A program made the position numbers and the translations under genes. Below, piece after piece: positions 1-13,900 of a DNA stretch of 64,000 nt. The DNA is taken from the NCBI GenBank assembly GCA_036785375.1, contig JAWMAR010000252.1, positions 2,232,001-2,296,000 on the forward strand, read 5' to 3'. The stretch's first letter is position 1. Each line of letters begins with the position of its first letter. Origin of the DNA: Leucoraja ocellata. Lineage: Eukaryota. Under the pieces are notes generated by a model. The model was not told where the DNA came from. It was given only the letters and a program-made list of their open reading frames with translations, and searched no databases.

Positions 1-630
1 AGAGGAGTTGAGTATAGGAGCAAAGAGGTCCTTCTGCAGTTGTATAGGGCTGCAATGAGGCCACACCTGGAGCATTGTGTGCAGTTTTGGTCTCCTACTT
101 TAAGGAAGAACATTCTTGCTATTGAGGGAGTGCAGAGTAGATTTACAAGGTTAATTCCCGTGATGACGGGACTGTCATATGCTGAGAGAATCGAGCAGCT
201 GGGCTTGTATACTCTGGAGTTTAGTAGGATGAGAGGGGATCTTATTAAAACATATAAGATTATTAAGGGTTTGGACATGCTAGAGGCAGAAACATGTTCC
301 CAATGTTGAGGGAGTCCAGAACCCGGGGCCACAGTTCAAGAATAAGGGGTAAGCCATTTACAATGGACACGAGGAAACACTTTTTCTCACAGAGAGTTGT
401 GAGTCTGTGGAATTCTCTGCCTCAGAGGGTGGCGGAGGCCGGTTTTCTGGATACTTTCAAAAGAGAGCTAGATAGAGCTCTTAAAGATAGCGGAGTCAGG
501 GGATATGGGGAGAAGGCAGAAATGGGGTACTGATTGGGGATGATCAGCCATGATCACATTGAAGGGTGGTGCTGGCTCGAAGGGCTGAATGGCCTACTCC
601 TGCACCTACGGTGTATTGTCTATTGTCTAT
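1..630 (+). mobile_element. CR1 LINE 3' end (RT C-terminus + 3' UTR), degenerate
   Basis: Frameshifted ORFs 40-309 and 294-533 read RPHLEHCVQFWSP, RMRGDLIKTYKI, RTRGHS and FFSQRVVSLWNSLP, which are CR1 ORF2 hallmarks. The tail ends in tattgtc repeats. Confidence 0.93.
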
Positions 631-639
631 AGTTTAAGT

Positions 640-850
640 GCTGATGGGGTTGATAGTTGAGAGACTTCATCACAACTCTGCAATTTCTTATGGTCTTGCT
701 CAACCAGACTGTGAGGCAACTAAGTTAGGATGCTTTCTACAGTGCATCTGTAGAAGGTAAGTTGTTGGAGCATGTTAAAATTTCTTAGTCATCTGAGAAA
801 GTGTGGGCATCTGTGTGCTTTTTTGCCTGTAGCTTTAATGTGACTGTTCA
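640..850 (-). mobile_element. Rex/Babar-like LINE fragment
   Basis: Similar to 8840-8960. The reverse strand resembles the KAxQRLxFLRRL region of Rex/Babar ORFs. Confidence 0.6.
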
Positions 851-1149
851 AAGCGGGTGTAGATGCATTGAGTTAGTCGGGAAGCGACCCATTGTTGCCA
901 GCGATACTACCCGCCTTCACTTTGTAGCTTTATACCATACATGTCTTGTCACATTCTATGGGTATCTATGTCACTCAATCTATAAAATGGATAATGGATT
1001 CAATGCTTGTGATGTAACCTGCTCTGTATTGTCGAGAAAAAGTGTAGATTAGGTAACTGTTTTACAGAGCATGTGCACTGTCCTCAACAGTCATCTTGAG
1101 CTTCCAGTTGGATGTCTATTGAACTTTCCTCCCCATCCCAATACTGTCC

Positions 1150-1290
1150 TGCCTGCCTTCAGCCTTCTTCATTGCCATAGTGAGGCCAAGTACAAACTAG
1201 AAGAACAATACCTCAGATTCTGCTTTGTTAGCTTATGCCCAAAAGTGTGAACATTGAATTTTCCATTCTCAGATAACTCTGACACCCTAT
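1150..1290 (+). mobile_element. Penelope-like element fragment (C-terminal GIY-YIG region)
   Basis: Translates to about KYKLEEQYLRF...NIEF, matching the Penelope RKLEEQHLIF...NIDF motif, and is followed by a pyrimidine-rich tract. Confidence 0.6.
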
Positions 1291-1489
1291 ATTATTTTCT
1301 AATCCCCACCAACCCTCTCAAGTTCTCTGTTTACCCTTTTCTTCCATTCCCTATGCTCCCTAATCTGGTTCCATCTGCTTATCATTTCACCCCTCTTGTG
1401 GTTCAACCTTTCACCTACTAGATCCTCAATGTGCACTTCTGGTTCAACCTATCCTTTTCTGGTTAAACCTATCACCTACTAGATTCATC

Positions 1490-1620
1490 AATGTGCTTTT
1501 TTCACCCATAGCTTCAATAGGGCTGATCCAGGCCAAGTTGTTGGTGATATTCATACCTAGGAATTTTAAGCATTCAACCATCTCCACTTCGGGAACATTA
1601 ATGCTGATTTGAGGGTGTAT
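1490..1620 (-). mobile_element. Rex/Babar-like LINE fragment
   Basis: ORF 1444-1707 includes INVPEVEMVECLKFLGMNITNNLAW, the RT VExFKFLG motif. Confidence 0.7.
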
Positions 1621-1818
1621 TCCATAGCTTTTTCTGAAATAGCATAGGTAGTATTTTATCCTTTGCCTTAAGATACCTGTTGCTGGTAGTCCAAGTCTCA
1701 GAAGCATATAGGACTGCAGGGTATATTTTAACTATGTGATGATTACGCATACATGCTGTCCTAGCATAGATCTTAATGCCAATTCTACCAATTTTATAAT
1801 GTTTTCTCCTTTATAAAG

Positions 1819-1967
1819 CCAAACCCATGTATCCCGGGCTGTGTCTGCCCTGACGGTTTGGTGGAAGATTCCAGTGGCGGATGCATTGCACCATCTCAGT
1901 GTCCTTGTGTATTTGGAGGTGAAACCTTTGGGCCTGGAGAAACAATCAAAAGGGACTGCAATAAGTG
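1819..1967 (+). CDS. Mucin exon, TIL/E module
   Basis: aag|CCA...TG|gtgag; [50 protein letters not shown]. Confidence 0.92.
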
Positions 1968-4900
1968 GTGAGCTTAGACAAATGTCAAACAAAATAACAG
2001 CCCTTAACTGTATAGAATTGTAGATATTATTATATCTTCTCTATTGTAGCACATGCAAAATTGGCACATGGGAATGTACCAATGATCCATGTCCAAAGAC
2101 ATGCCATGTTTATGGAGATGGACATTACATCACCTTTGATGGAAAGCGATACACTTTTGATGGTAACTGTGAATATATCTTTGTTGAGGTAAGATTGAGA
2201 ACGTCACATTCAATGTGCATTTTTTGTCTTTTTCCTTTAGTTGTAAACATATATGATAATACTTAAATTCAAAATCTTTACATTCTTTCTAAGTTTAGGC
2301 AGACATGCAAAAGATTATTTTTAATTGATATAATGATTGTAATCAGTATTTAAAATATTTTACTGAAGTATTTATTAAAAATTTCTCTAAAGCATAACTT
2401 GTTCATTTGAAATGGGTCGGTCCTAGCAACTACTTTTGACATTTGGTCGGCCTTTGGTTGTTGTTATTGATGGCTGTTGGAGGAGAGGGAGTAATACATG
2501 TGTGTAACTGGAATTGTTCACACATTTGCTTGTTCAATCTCTCAAAGAATTTCAGACTTCAAAATTATGATAGATGGCATTCTAAACATGAAGCAGCATA
2601 TTAGATTGCATGTTTAAAAGTCAAAATTGTCTCAGACACAATCAGCAAGAATGGTTTTGAGTGTAATCTGAAATCTCTGATATAGCTTCTGAGATATAAA
2701 TGAGAAGGTAACAATGAACAAAATGTATTAATCAGATTAAATGATCTGAGATTCTATAGTATGAATAGTTCTTCAGCAAACCAAAAATGCTTTTGAAAGT
2801 GTCAACTATCACTTGGCGCTAAGGGTTTCAAGAGCTGTTATTATGACCTTGTCTTTTCCCCTTCCTTTGTCCTTATATTTTCTTGAGCTCAGAGGATAAT
2901 GAAAATATATATAAATCTTGATGAACTATAAATTATACTGGAATTATTGAGCTGGCTCTGCCATGTCAGATTATGATAGGTTAAAATTATGCTGCACAAA
3001 ATTATTCAAGTTATCTTAATTTTAGGACGGATGTGTGCGAGAGATTGGCACATTCCAAATACTGACCGAGAGTGTTCCCTGCTGTGAAAATGGAGTGACA
3101 TGTTCAAGAAACATCAGAATCATATTTGAGGTATATGCGCTTTGATTTATTACAATTAGAATGCGTAAGATGGCGTTTTAAAATAAAGCATCCAAATGGA
3201 TCCTTGCAATGATTTAATTTAGTTTATTCAGCATGTTATAAATCAATGTATTTTCAAATATATTCTTATAGGATAAAGAAATAATTCTGTTGAGTGGAAA
3301 TAGAGTGAGTGAAGTATCCCTTGGCAAAAACCAGTGCACGGAAAATTTATATACAATTCACAACGTTGGACTTTACTTAGTCATAACATTTTCCAATGGG
3401 ATAACTGTGATATGGGACAAAAATACAAGATTTTCAATCACATTAGACCCCAGATGGAAGGTATGTATGATTTTAAATTAAAATGTTTCCTTAATTTCTG
3501 TATATTGATAGAGAAAACATAATGAGAAATTGTAAAACAAAACTTGTGTGGCATAATTCATATGAGAAACATGGAAGTGGTGTGAAAAATGTTTAACTAA
3601 ATGTACGTAGACAATTGAGCTGTAGATGGGATGGACAACACAGAATTTGAAAATAAATGATGGACACATTCCCCGAGCAATGCAGCATTGGATTCAAAAT
3701 AAATGAGATGAAACTATGGTTTTTCATTTATTATTGGGCTCATTATCAGCTATTCAACTTTAAGAAACGGCTGAACAATAACCGACAATTCTTTGTATAA
3801 GGACAATATTAAATAGTACTTTGAAGCATTGCCAGCAGTTTAATAAGAATTGTGAAACGGGTAGGGAGCTGCATTAATTAACAATAGAGGAAAACTGGCA
3901 CAAAATAACTATGGAGAACGGAGTTGAGCACAGATGTCCACAAAATTCTTAAAAGGTGCACTAGAATGGAAAAGATGTGAGGGGCAATGGTTATTATGGT
4001 CATTCTTCCATTATGTTAAAATTCAGATGCAGCCCTAGGCCTTGGTTGCACAAAATTAAGTATTGCACATTTTATCTTCACGTCAGCTTGATAGGTCTAT
4101 CACATAATTGAGGGAGGCTCGAATTAGAGATTTATTGACACTGTGGTGACACACTAACACTCTAGCAGATCTCTTACATGTGGTGGTAGGAGGAAATGAG
4201 AAGGAAGAGAAGGGAAGGGATCAGAATGGTGCTATTATGCAAGGGAAGGTTGAGACGAGCAGATGAAGGGTTGACAGAGTCCAGTAAATCAGCTGAGAAG
4301 GGATCATTGTGATGGGGAGAGGAGGGGGGGGGGGGGGTGATAGGGGGTGATAGGTGCAGATTAATGGGTCAGGGTATTAGTGGAGATCGACATTGGGTAG
4401 TACATTAAATTCGACAGGTTTTAAGTCATTATCTGACTTTCATGCAGCTCTCCTGGAATTTCAAAATGGTAAAGAGGGCGTTGCCTTATTGATTAAGGAG
4501 AATGTCACGGCATTAGTCTGAGATGACATTACTGACAGTTCAAAAAACTATATGAAGCTTTATATGAAATGATAAATCACTTAAATGAAAGCAAAAATAT
4601 GAAAGCAAGAGGAATTGTTTTAAAATTACCCTTTTGATGCCATCTATTTTCTAGAGTTTGCAAGTACTGTATATATTTAAAGACAACAGTTCACATACAG
4701 ATTTTGAATTCGAATTTATGAGGTTGACATTTCATTCAAAGGATGGCTTGATGCTTTGAGAAGTTAAACAGTGAAGTAGAAATGTGTACAATGTCTGTAT
4801 ACATGGTAAAGATCACGAGGATTCAAAGCCAAGAGTTTGTTGAAAATAAGGAAGATAAAATATAATTGGATCAGTTAATAGTCTTGAATTATTCTTCATT

Positions 4901-7900
4901 TTAAATTATACATTTAGCAGTTTAATTTTCTTTTATATACTTGTGCCAACTTTTATCATGAAAAGTTGTGACACTGAACTTATGGTGAAGGCCTTCAGCC
5001 AATAGATTAGTTAATCAATCCAGAACTGCCCCAAATCCCCATCTTGTATAATTTAGCAGTTTATTGAAAATAATTTGAATTTTCAACCATACTAATCCAT
5101 AGGTAATGAAGAGTGAAATAACTTGCTTTATATATTGCCATTCACAAACTAAATTATAACCTCTTTATAGCTAATGTCTTTGGTTCTGGTTGTGATGTAA
5201 AACCCTCCTGATGCTTCGCTCTCTCTATGATTGCGTTTATTTTTGGAGTAGACAAAAGCTGTGCTTCTGAAGCGAGGAACACTGAAAATTATGTAAAAGA
5301 TCAACGACTAGGTCAAAAATTAACAAATTAAATAATTGTAATGATTTAATTGATTAATTGTGTTTGTATGGTGCCAAACTGGATCTCAAGAAGAGGCTAG
5401 GTGGTTTATTGCAATGAAAGATTGATAATTCTGACATTTGTATTGGGTTAACTTGGAAAAAGTAGGACATTTGAATTGTGAATTTAGAATAGTAACCATT
5501 ATTTTGCTTTTTTTACACACATAAGAATAAAGTTTGTGGCCTTTGTGGAAATTTCAATGAAAACATTGAAGACGACTTAACGACGAAGGGGAACTCCTTG
5601 GTGACCAGCTTTATGGCCTTTGGGAACAGTTGGAAGTCCATGCAGTCATGCTCTGACACAGTAAACGAAATATACCCATGTGATAACAATCCATATTGTT
5701 TAGCATGGGCTCAGAAGAGGTGCAGCATAATTACTGGCCCAGTCTTTCAAGCTTGTCATAAAATGGTAAGATGCCAGTTAAATTTGAAATTTAAATAGAA
5801 TCCATAATGCAATCATGATTTCTGACATTGTGGCTCTTTATCAGGTTAACCCAATCCCATTTTATGATGCTTGTGTCCAAGAAGCTTGTGTTTGTGATAT
5901 GGAGGGAAAATACCAGGGTTTATGTACTGCTATTGCTGTGTACGCAGAGGCTTGCAACAAAGCTGATGTTTGCATTCGCTGGAGAACCCCTGAATTCTGC
6001 CGTAAGTCTAAACTTCTGTATTCCTTGTAGAGAACAATTAAGGTATAAGAGCTCATCAACATACTTTTATAGATAGCAGAACACATTGATCCGCAGAGTA
6101 CCATAATTATTCAGATTGTTGTTCCAGATTCCCGCATCTGTAGACTCCTGTGTTCTCAAAGTCCAGATTGATGCTTGGTGCTGTTTAAAATCTGTGCCAT
6201 TTTGTAATTGCAATAAAGAAACCATATTTCCTTCTTCAATTCCATGTCTCTTTTGACACAAGATCCTGCATCTTCTACTTGGTTCAGTAAACAGTGCACA
6301 ATTAATTATCCGAAGGTATCCTCCAAACAGAATCAATGTTTCAAGAAGATTGGCCTTTATTGCCTTCCATCACAGTGAAGAATGTGGGGAATTCGCTGTG
6401 ATGGATGTTTATGTTAACTTTTATGTAGTTGTGTGTCTTATTGCTTTTTTAAAAATATGGTTGTATGGTAATTTGAATTTCACTGCACCTCAATTGGTAC
6501 ATGTGACAATAAACTGACCTTGATACCTTGATTCTGTTTGGAGGATACTCTCGGATAATTATTTGTGCACTGTTTACTGAATCACTTTTTGGCTCACGAT
6601 GGATAACATATCAAAACTGATTTTGATCCTTGCAATGAAAGGCAGGTCATTTTGATCCTTTCAATGAAAGGCAGGTTACTATCACTGTACACTTTTAATC
6701 CTTGATTCATCAAGCAAAATACATTCAGAACCTCACGCAGCAGAATATTCCAACACCTGCTAATCTGCAACAAATCCACAATATTTGTTTAATTAAATCT
6801 CGTCTGTTTGCTTATGAAGGAGATTTGTGGCTATTAATTTGAAGATGATGTTCTGCCAACATTCAGTCTCTATCCTCCAAGTTTGGCATATGCTTAAGAA
6901 TAAATGCACATAGCATTCCATCTATCAATGTTACTGTTGGTCCGCTTTATCTAAAAATATATACTTTGCAGGTTGATTGTATTGGTGCTCATGACAATCC
7001 TCCTTTACCTACTACATAAGTCAACTCATTTATCAACATGTATACTCTTTGGAATAGGAGAATAAATTTGTCCGAGTATCTGCCATGGTAAGGACAGATG
7101 TCTGAGAGTCCAACACTCCAGTTCACAGACCAATATCTATAAAATAAATATACAGTGACTGTTTGCTATGCAATATTGTGCTCATTTTGGGCAATGAATA
7201 ACCAAGCCAAAATCACAATTTGATTGTTTCTGTTATTCTCCAGCTGTATTCTGTGACTATTATAACAGTCTTGGTGACTGCAGTTGGCATTATCAGCCGT
7301 GTGGAACAACAACAACAAAAACTTGCACAAGGAAAAAGTACTCTGCAAGTCTAGAAGGTGCTGTTTAGAATTTATTCAAATATGTCACAATCATTTTACA
7401 ATTTTTTAAAACAATACTTTTAGGTTAGACTAAGTTTCAGTTCTTAAAAATAAAAATCATAATAATCAATTCATTATGGAATTCATTACACATTATACTC
7501 AGTTAAAGTATCAATATATTTTGATAAATCTTCATAAAAAAATCATGCTTATACTGTCATTCGTTGGAGATTTGTGCATATTTAGAATGGAGATACATTT
7601 TATTGGTGTCAAGATCTCCTGCATTTACAATATTCCTGTTTATCTTGATGGTAATTTTTACTTCTCACTATTTTAGGTTGCTATGCAAAGTGCCCAAATA
7701 ATGCACCTTACTTGGATGAAAATATTATGAAATGTGTTACACTACCACAGTGCACATGTTATAATGATGGGAGAATATTACAACCTGGTCAAACAACAAT
7801 AAGTGATTGTGAAGAATGGTAAAGTAGCCACATCAGTAAATGTATTGATCACTGTTCTAATATTGAAAGAAAAAACAAATTAAATGCCAAAAAACTGGGT

Positions 7901-10900
7901 TTTACAAATATTTCCTTAAAAATGCCATAAATAATTTTTGAGCTTTAAATAGTGAAATTAGCTATTTTAATAATTGAAATATAAAATGCAGTCTAGGATA
8001 ATTTCACACCTGAACAAAGGCCAAAATAATTGTTTTCAAATTCCTTCCCACCCACCACCCTCCCTCACCTACTTCAGTGACTTTCATCTACAGTTTGCAG
8101 TTATATTCATTTTCTGTTCCTTCAACAAAAAGTTCTTCATTTTCTTTATTCTCTCTGTCCAACAATAATCAGTGACTATTCTATCTGAGAGTCCATCCCT
8201 TAATAATTATTCTTCATTGTTACACTATATTGTAATATTTATTGTGAATTATGAACATTAAGTGAAGGCTATTGCTCCTTTAAAGGTTAACTCCCCCATG
8301 AGTTGCAACAATAAAGTGCAGGTGGTCTGTGATTACCCATGAATAAACCAACACAATTTATTAAAGCTTCTTATGTCTCATTCTGCTATTAGTAAAGAAT
8401 CTATTACCTTGACCATACATTGCCTCCATTACATTTTTAAATCATCCTGTGGACCTTGGTTTTTGGTGGAGATTTCAGAGCTAACAGAGATTTTACCTTT
8501 CCAATTCTTGCTTTGTATCTATTTGTTGTCCATCTTTCCAGAGAGGTTCAACCATTGTAACACAATATGTCTTTAGACTAGTTTGTAGTTCTTTAGTTTG
8601 TTTTATTTGTAACATCTTTCTTTTTGTTGACAGTACATGCCATCATGGAATCACTACTTGCGAAAGTAAGTAATAACTTTCAGCATTCATCTGTTAAAGG
8701 AATGCAGTATTGTTTTGCGATAAAGGAGAATGTTTGCTTATTTGCAGTGCAATATTAAAAGTATCAGCAGTTGTAGTTATATCTTCAGTTTAAATATTTC
8801 CAAAACATTACTTTTCAAATGCCAGATGTGAAAAATTAGCACATCTGTAGATGTTGGTGAGAGTTGTTGAGGACATGCCAAACTTGCTAAGCCTTCTGAG
8901 GAAGAAGAGGCATTGGTGTGCTTTCATGGCCTTTGCTTCGATACGGCTAGTTCAGGACAAGGTTCTGGTGATATTTACTGCTAGGAACTTGAAGCTTTTC
9001 AACCATCTCTATTTTGGCAGTGTCAATGTATGCGTAGCATTTCGGTGCTGTCTCCTCCCATCCCCCCGCCCTCGGGCTCCTCCTCCTCCCCTTTTTCCTT
9101 CCTTCTCCCCTCCCACCCCCCATCAGTCTGAAGAAGGGTTTCGGCCCGAAACGTTGCCTATTTTCTTCGCTCCATAGATGCTGCTGCACCCACTGAGTTT
9201 CTCCAGCAATTTTGTGTACCTTCGATCATCCAGCATCTGCAGTTCCTTCTTGAACACTATGTGTAGCACTTCACCTGAATTCGGAAGTTGATCACTATCT
9301 CCTTTGTCTTGTTGACATTGAGAGAAAGATTATTAACGTGACACCAGGTTACAAGGTTCTCAATGTCCTTCCTGTACTCTGTCTCATCATTATTTGGTAT
9401 CCATGCCACTACGGTGGTGTCACCCATGAATTTGTAAATTGAGTTTGATTTGTACGAGGCTGCACAATCGTGGTGAATAAGCAGTAATGAAGGGGGCTGA
9501 GAACACATTCTTGTGGAGGACCCATATTGGGGATTATTGTAGAGGGTGATTTGTCACCCACAACTTGTACTGAAGTTATAGCAGAGCTAAGAAACACTCA
9601 TGCATGCAGGCAAAATGTACCCAACAAAGATGACCCCTGCATTATAGAGTGATTGCATTTGCTGTAATCGTGATTTTCTGCAATGCAATCTCCTTTTCCT
9701 CTTGAATCCCATGTCATAAGAGAATGTTTTGCTCTCATTTTAAACCAATTTATCAGTGATGACAAGAGAAGCCACCATTCTTATTTAACATTTGAGACCA
9801 ACATTAGACCCAGATGAAACAACAAGTTTCATCAATTTTTAATAACTCAAAATTGTTTGGCAATAAGATTTGAACACTAGTCATTTTGTTGATTGGGTAA
9901 GGAGTCCCAGCTGAGCCACCCACCTTTGAATTGCTCCTTCCAGTCCTATTGTAGCGGCAAATTATCATATATTTCAGGTAATTAGCACGCTAGCCGCTAA
10001 ATGGATGAGAATGGTTGAAGGGGGTGTCTTCGAAACACATGCGAGCTCACTCACAGAGTCCTTCAGAGCATCTTCATAGATATGGATTCAAAACACAGTT
10101 GTTTGATGAGTAAATGCTTTATTGCTGATAGAAAACAGTAAGATACATCCAAATTTCTTACGACTCGTTACTACAATCTTCATTGAACTCCAGCTTATTA
10201 CCTTAAACATTAGAAAACTCCTTGTGTCTCCGTAACACTGGCATGATTTGGCATGTGGCCCGCATGGTAGAAGGGTTAACCTTCCCCATCGTCTCTCCAA
10301 ACTAATCTAAAAACTAAACTTCTGCGCAAGCATCTAAGCTCCAACCACGCCCAAAAACACGTCATAAATCCCACCCACAACATAACGGGCAGTCTAAAAT
10401 TTAAAGGCATATGCCATCATCAATGACCTACAAAACAAGCCAAATGGCCACAACACCGATGATATGTGAACTGATGCCTCAGACCGTAGCACTGCCGGGC
10501 TCTTAATTTGTGAGTCGTACTGTCTGATGCACGGCTCACTGAACGTGAAAGGGGGTTTATTTGTGTTTATTTGGCAAAGGAATGGAGTGGGTTTATTTGG
10601 GAAAGGAATGGAATTCAAGCGTTGGGATTCATGGGAGAAAAGTGACATAGAAGGAATGGTGCTGTCAGTGTGGAGTTTGCTCACCTCCCTGTGACCACGT
10701 GGCTTTCCTCCGTGTCCTCCTACATCTCAAAGATGGTGGGTTAGTTGGTTCATTGGCCTCTGTAAGTTGCTCCTAATGTGTAGGGAACAAATGAAAAAGT
10801 GGGATAACATAGAACTAATGTTAATGGGTAATCGATGGTCAGCATGGACTCGGTGAGCCAAAATGCCTGTTTTCATGCTGTATCTTTAAACTAAACTAAT

Positions 10901-13900
10901 GAGTTAAAGCTCGGTGGCTGGGAGAAGTAGAGTAAACATTGAGGGATTACTTTAAGGAGATGGCCAGGGCTACTGCAACTCCCCTGCACTCAGCGACTGC
11001 ACTCTGAGACATCTGTTTATGTGTTTTTAGTCTGACATGGCTGTGACTGCCAACCCCATTGACACAGTGACAAAACATAAAACTTGGTGTTTTGTTTGCA
11101 TTTATATATATATATTTATTTGTTTATTTTCTATTTTGGTAAGTGCAAATTTTAATCTGCATATCAAATGTTTTGGTAGTTGATTACGAATTTGATAAGG
11201 CATTTTCCGTTAATTAAATGACATGGTTGTTGCCTTGAGGAAATATCAGAAAGAGATAAGGACTGAAATGGTATTGTGTACATGTTCATAACAACAGGAA
11301 TAAAGACCACAACTGTTCCATCTACAACACTGTTGACCACAACTCCACTTACATCAACTTCAACAATGTCTTCACCAACCACTAGCCCAGGTAAGGTGAT
11401 ATTAGTTACAGGTTATGGCATGTAATATTTACAATATGATAAGAACAGATTTCAAATGATCAGAGGTGAAACTGGACATTGGTATGTCTGTACTTTTGCA
11501 CATAATAATTATAAATGGGATTCATAAGCTGGTTATCGCTTCCAACACGTTTCATGATGTTGATGATCAGTAACTTTAATCTGCATACTGCACCTGGGTC
11601 TCAAAGAGATGACAAATATTGTGTAAAAAAGGCAAATGAGAGTCTCTCCTGGCTATATAAGGCAAATGTATGATTCAGTCAAGTAGGTCTCATCTCCATT
11701 CACATTCACAGCTCCTGTCTCATAGGAACAAGCCCAAAAACAACTGTAGGTGTAAGAGGCAATTTGAATCAATAAAGTCTGAGCTTTGGCTCATGTTTTA
11801 AATTCACTTGTGAAAAGCACATAAGATCAGGGTTTCATGTTGCCAGCATGGCTAACTGTTGATAAGAATAATGAATGTATATCAGGAACATCCTCGCATA
11901 GAACAGTACAGCACAATAACAGGCCTTTTGGTTCATATGATGCTAAATTCAACTAATCTCCTCTGCCTGCAACTAATCTCTGCCTGCACAATTGTCCATT
12001 TTGGGGCTGGGCAATGTTTAGAGAGGATTTGTGTGTGGTGGGTGTTGAGTGCCTGGCCCACTGCTGAGGGTGGCGATGGAGGCAGATACATTGTGCTGTT
12101 TAAAAGACGTTTGGATAGGTCACCTGGATATGCAGGAAATGGAAGGTATGTTTTATGTACTGGCAGATAAGGATTGGTCTTGGCATCATGTTTGGCACAG
12201 ACATAGTGGGTTAATGGACCCGTTCCTGTGCTGTATTGTTCTCTGTTCCTTTTGAGTAAAATTTACACTTTTGTTGTTGGATCTCAATGAAAATATGAAG
12301 TAAAACAGATGTGACATCAAACTGGCTTTTTGCAATGTAAAGTTCATGAAATGATTTGTGATGCATGGCTTTTGTATACATTGTGGCCAATGATCTACCA
12401 GATACATACTAAAAAGGGGGTCCCAGGGTAATTGGCAAAAGAACCAAAGGCAAAATTAAAATATAAATGACTTTAACCACAAATTTGCAATAATTTGGAA
12501 TGTGCTGTTGGTAAGAGATATAATTTATGAGCATATTCAAGTTTACCTTTTAAAATGAAATTACAAAGTCAGATAATTACCTAAAACCTGCTGAATTTAA
12601 TGTACTACCCAATGTCCTTGGTCTCCGCTAATACACTGACCCTTTAATCTGCATTAACCGCCCTCCATCCCATCACAATGATGTCTTCTCAGTTGACTTA
12701 CTGGACTGTCAACCCTTCATTTCAAACCTTCCCTTACCCTGCATAATAGCACCATTCTGATCCCTTCCCTTCCCTTCCATCTCATTTCCTCCTACTACCA
12801 CACATACAACATCTGCTCGACAGTTAATATGTAACCACAGTGTCAGTAAATCTCTAATTCGAACCTCCCTCAATATTGTGATAGACCTATCAAGCTGACA
12901 TGAAGGTCAAATCTACAATACCCAATTTCTTGCAGCCAAGGCCTTGGGTTACATCTGAATATTTATATAATGGAAGGATGATCATAATAACCATTACCAC
13001 TCACATATTTTCCATTCTACTGCACCTTTTAATAAAAAATCTTGTTGACACCCTGTTCAACTCTGTTTTCCACAGTTATTTTCTGCCAGTTTCGCTATAT
13101 TGTTAAATAATGTTGATATTGTTAAATTTTGCAGCTCCCTACCCTTTTCACAAATTCCCTTTAAACTGATGGCAGTGCTTCTAAGTACTATTTAATATTG
13201 TCCTTGTACAAAGAAATGTACAATTACATTTACATTAACATAAACAGTTAAATTTACTCTTGGGTCCTAATGCCATATGCGTAATTGAAAGATGAGGCAC
13301 TGTAACTTACACTGAGTACTGAACTTTATTGGAACAGTGTTGGAGATACAGAGTGTAAATGTAGGGAACATTCAAATAACAGACACTTTAATTCTCATCT
13401 TCTATATTACTGAAAACCTGATCTTGACCGCATTTGGCCCACTGTGCTGCGATTTCCGAGAGAACGCCGCCACCTACGGCCGTCATTTTTGGCCACCTCG
13501 CTCAGCGCCCCCCTCCGCCTTCTGGGACCAGAGGATTTTTCCCATCGATGAAAAATCAGAGATATATTAATGTTTTAATAAAATTCCCCATTCTCTCTGC
13601 TGCCCCCGCTGGAGGCAAGGGGGAGGGGAGAGGGACTATAAAACCCGGAAGTGTCGTGCTTCACACATTCTCTGCCAGACCCAGGAAGCGAGTTGAAACC
13701 ATATGGCAATAAATTGTGCCCATCTTCTTCCGATGAAATTACTAATATTGAGTGCCAATTTGCTGACCATCCTAATTGGCCACTAAGTGCATCGCCAGAT
13801 CCTGTGACCTGCATTAAAGACATAGGATTGATCTGCACGTTCTCTGGAAATGCTATTCGCCAATTTTGTAGTGACTACAGAATTAGAGTGTGCTGCGAGC

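Noticed and set aside
4200-4380. Purine/G-rich tract as a functional G-quadruplex
   Set aside because: It looks like a low-complexity retroelement tail on the minus strand, with no other support.
13630-13655. TATA-like ggactataaaa with ccggaagt (ETS-like) motif as an internal promoter
   Set aside because: It lies within a TE fragment and short motifs alone are insufficient without TSS data.
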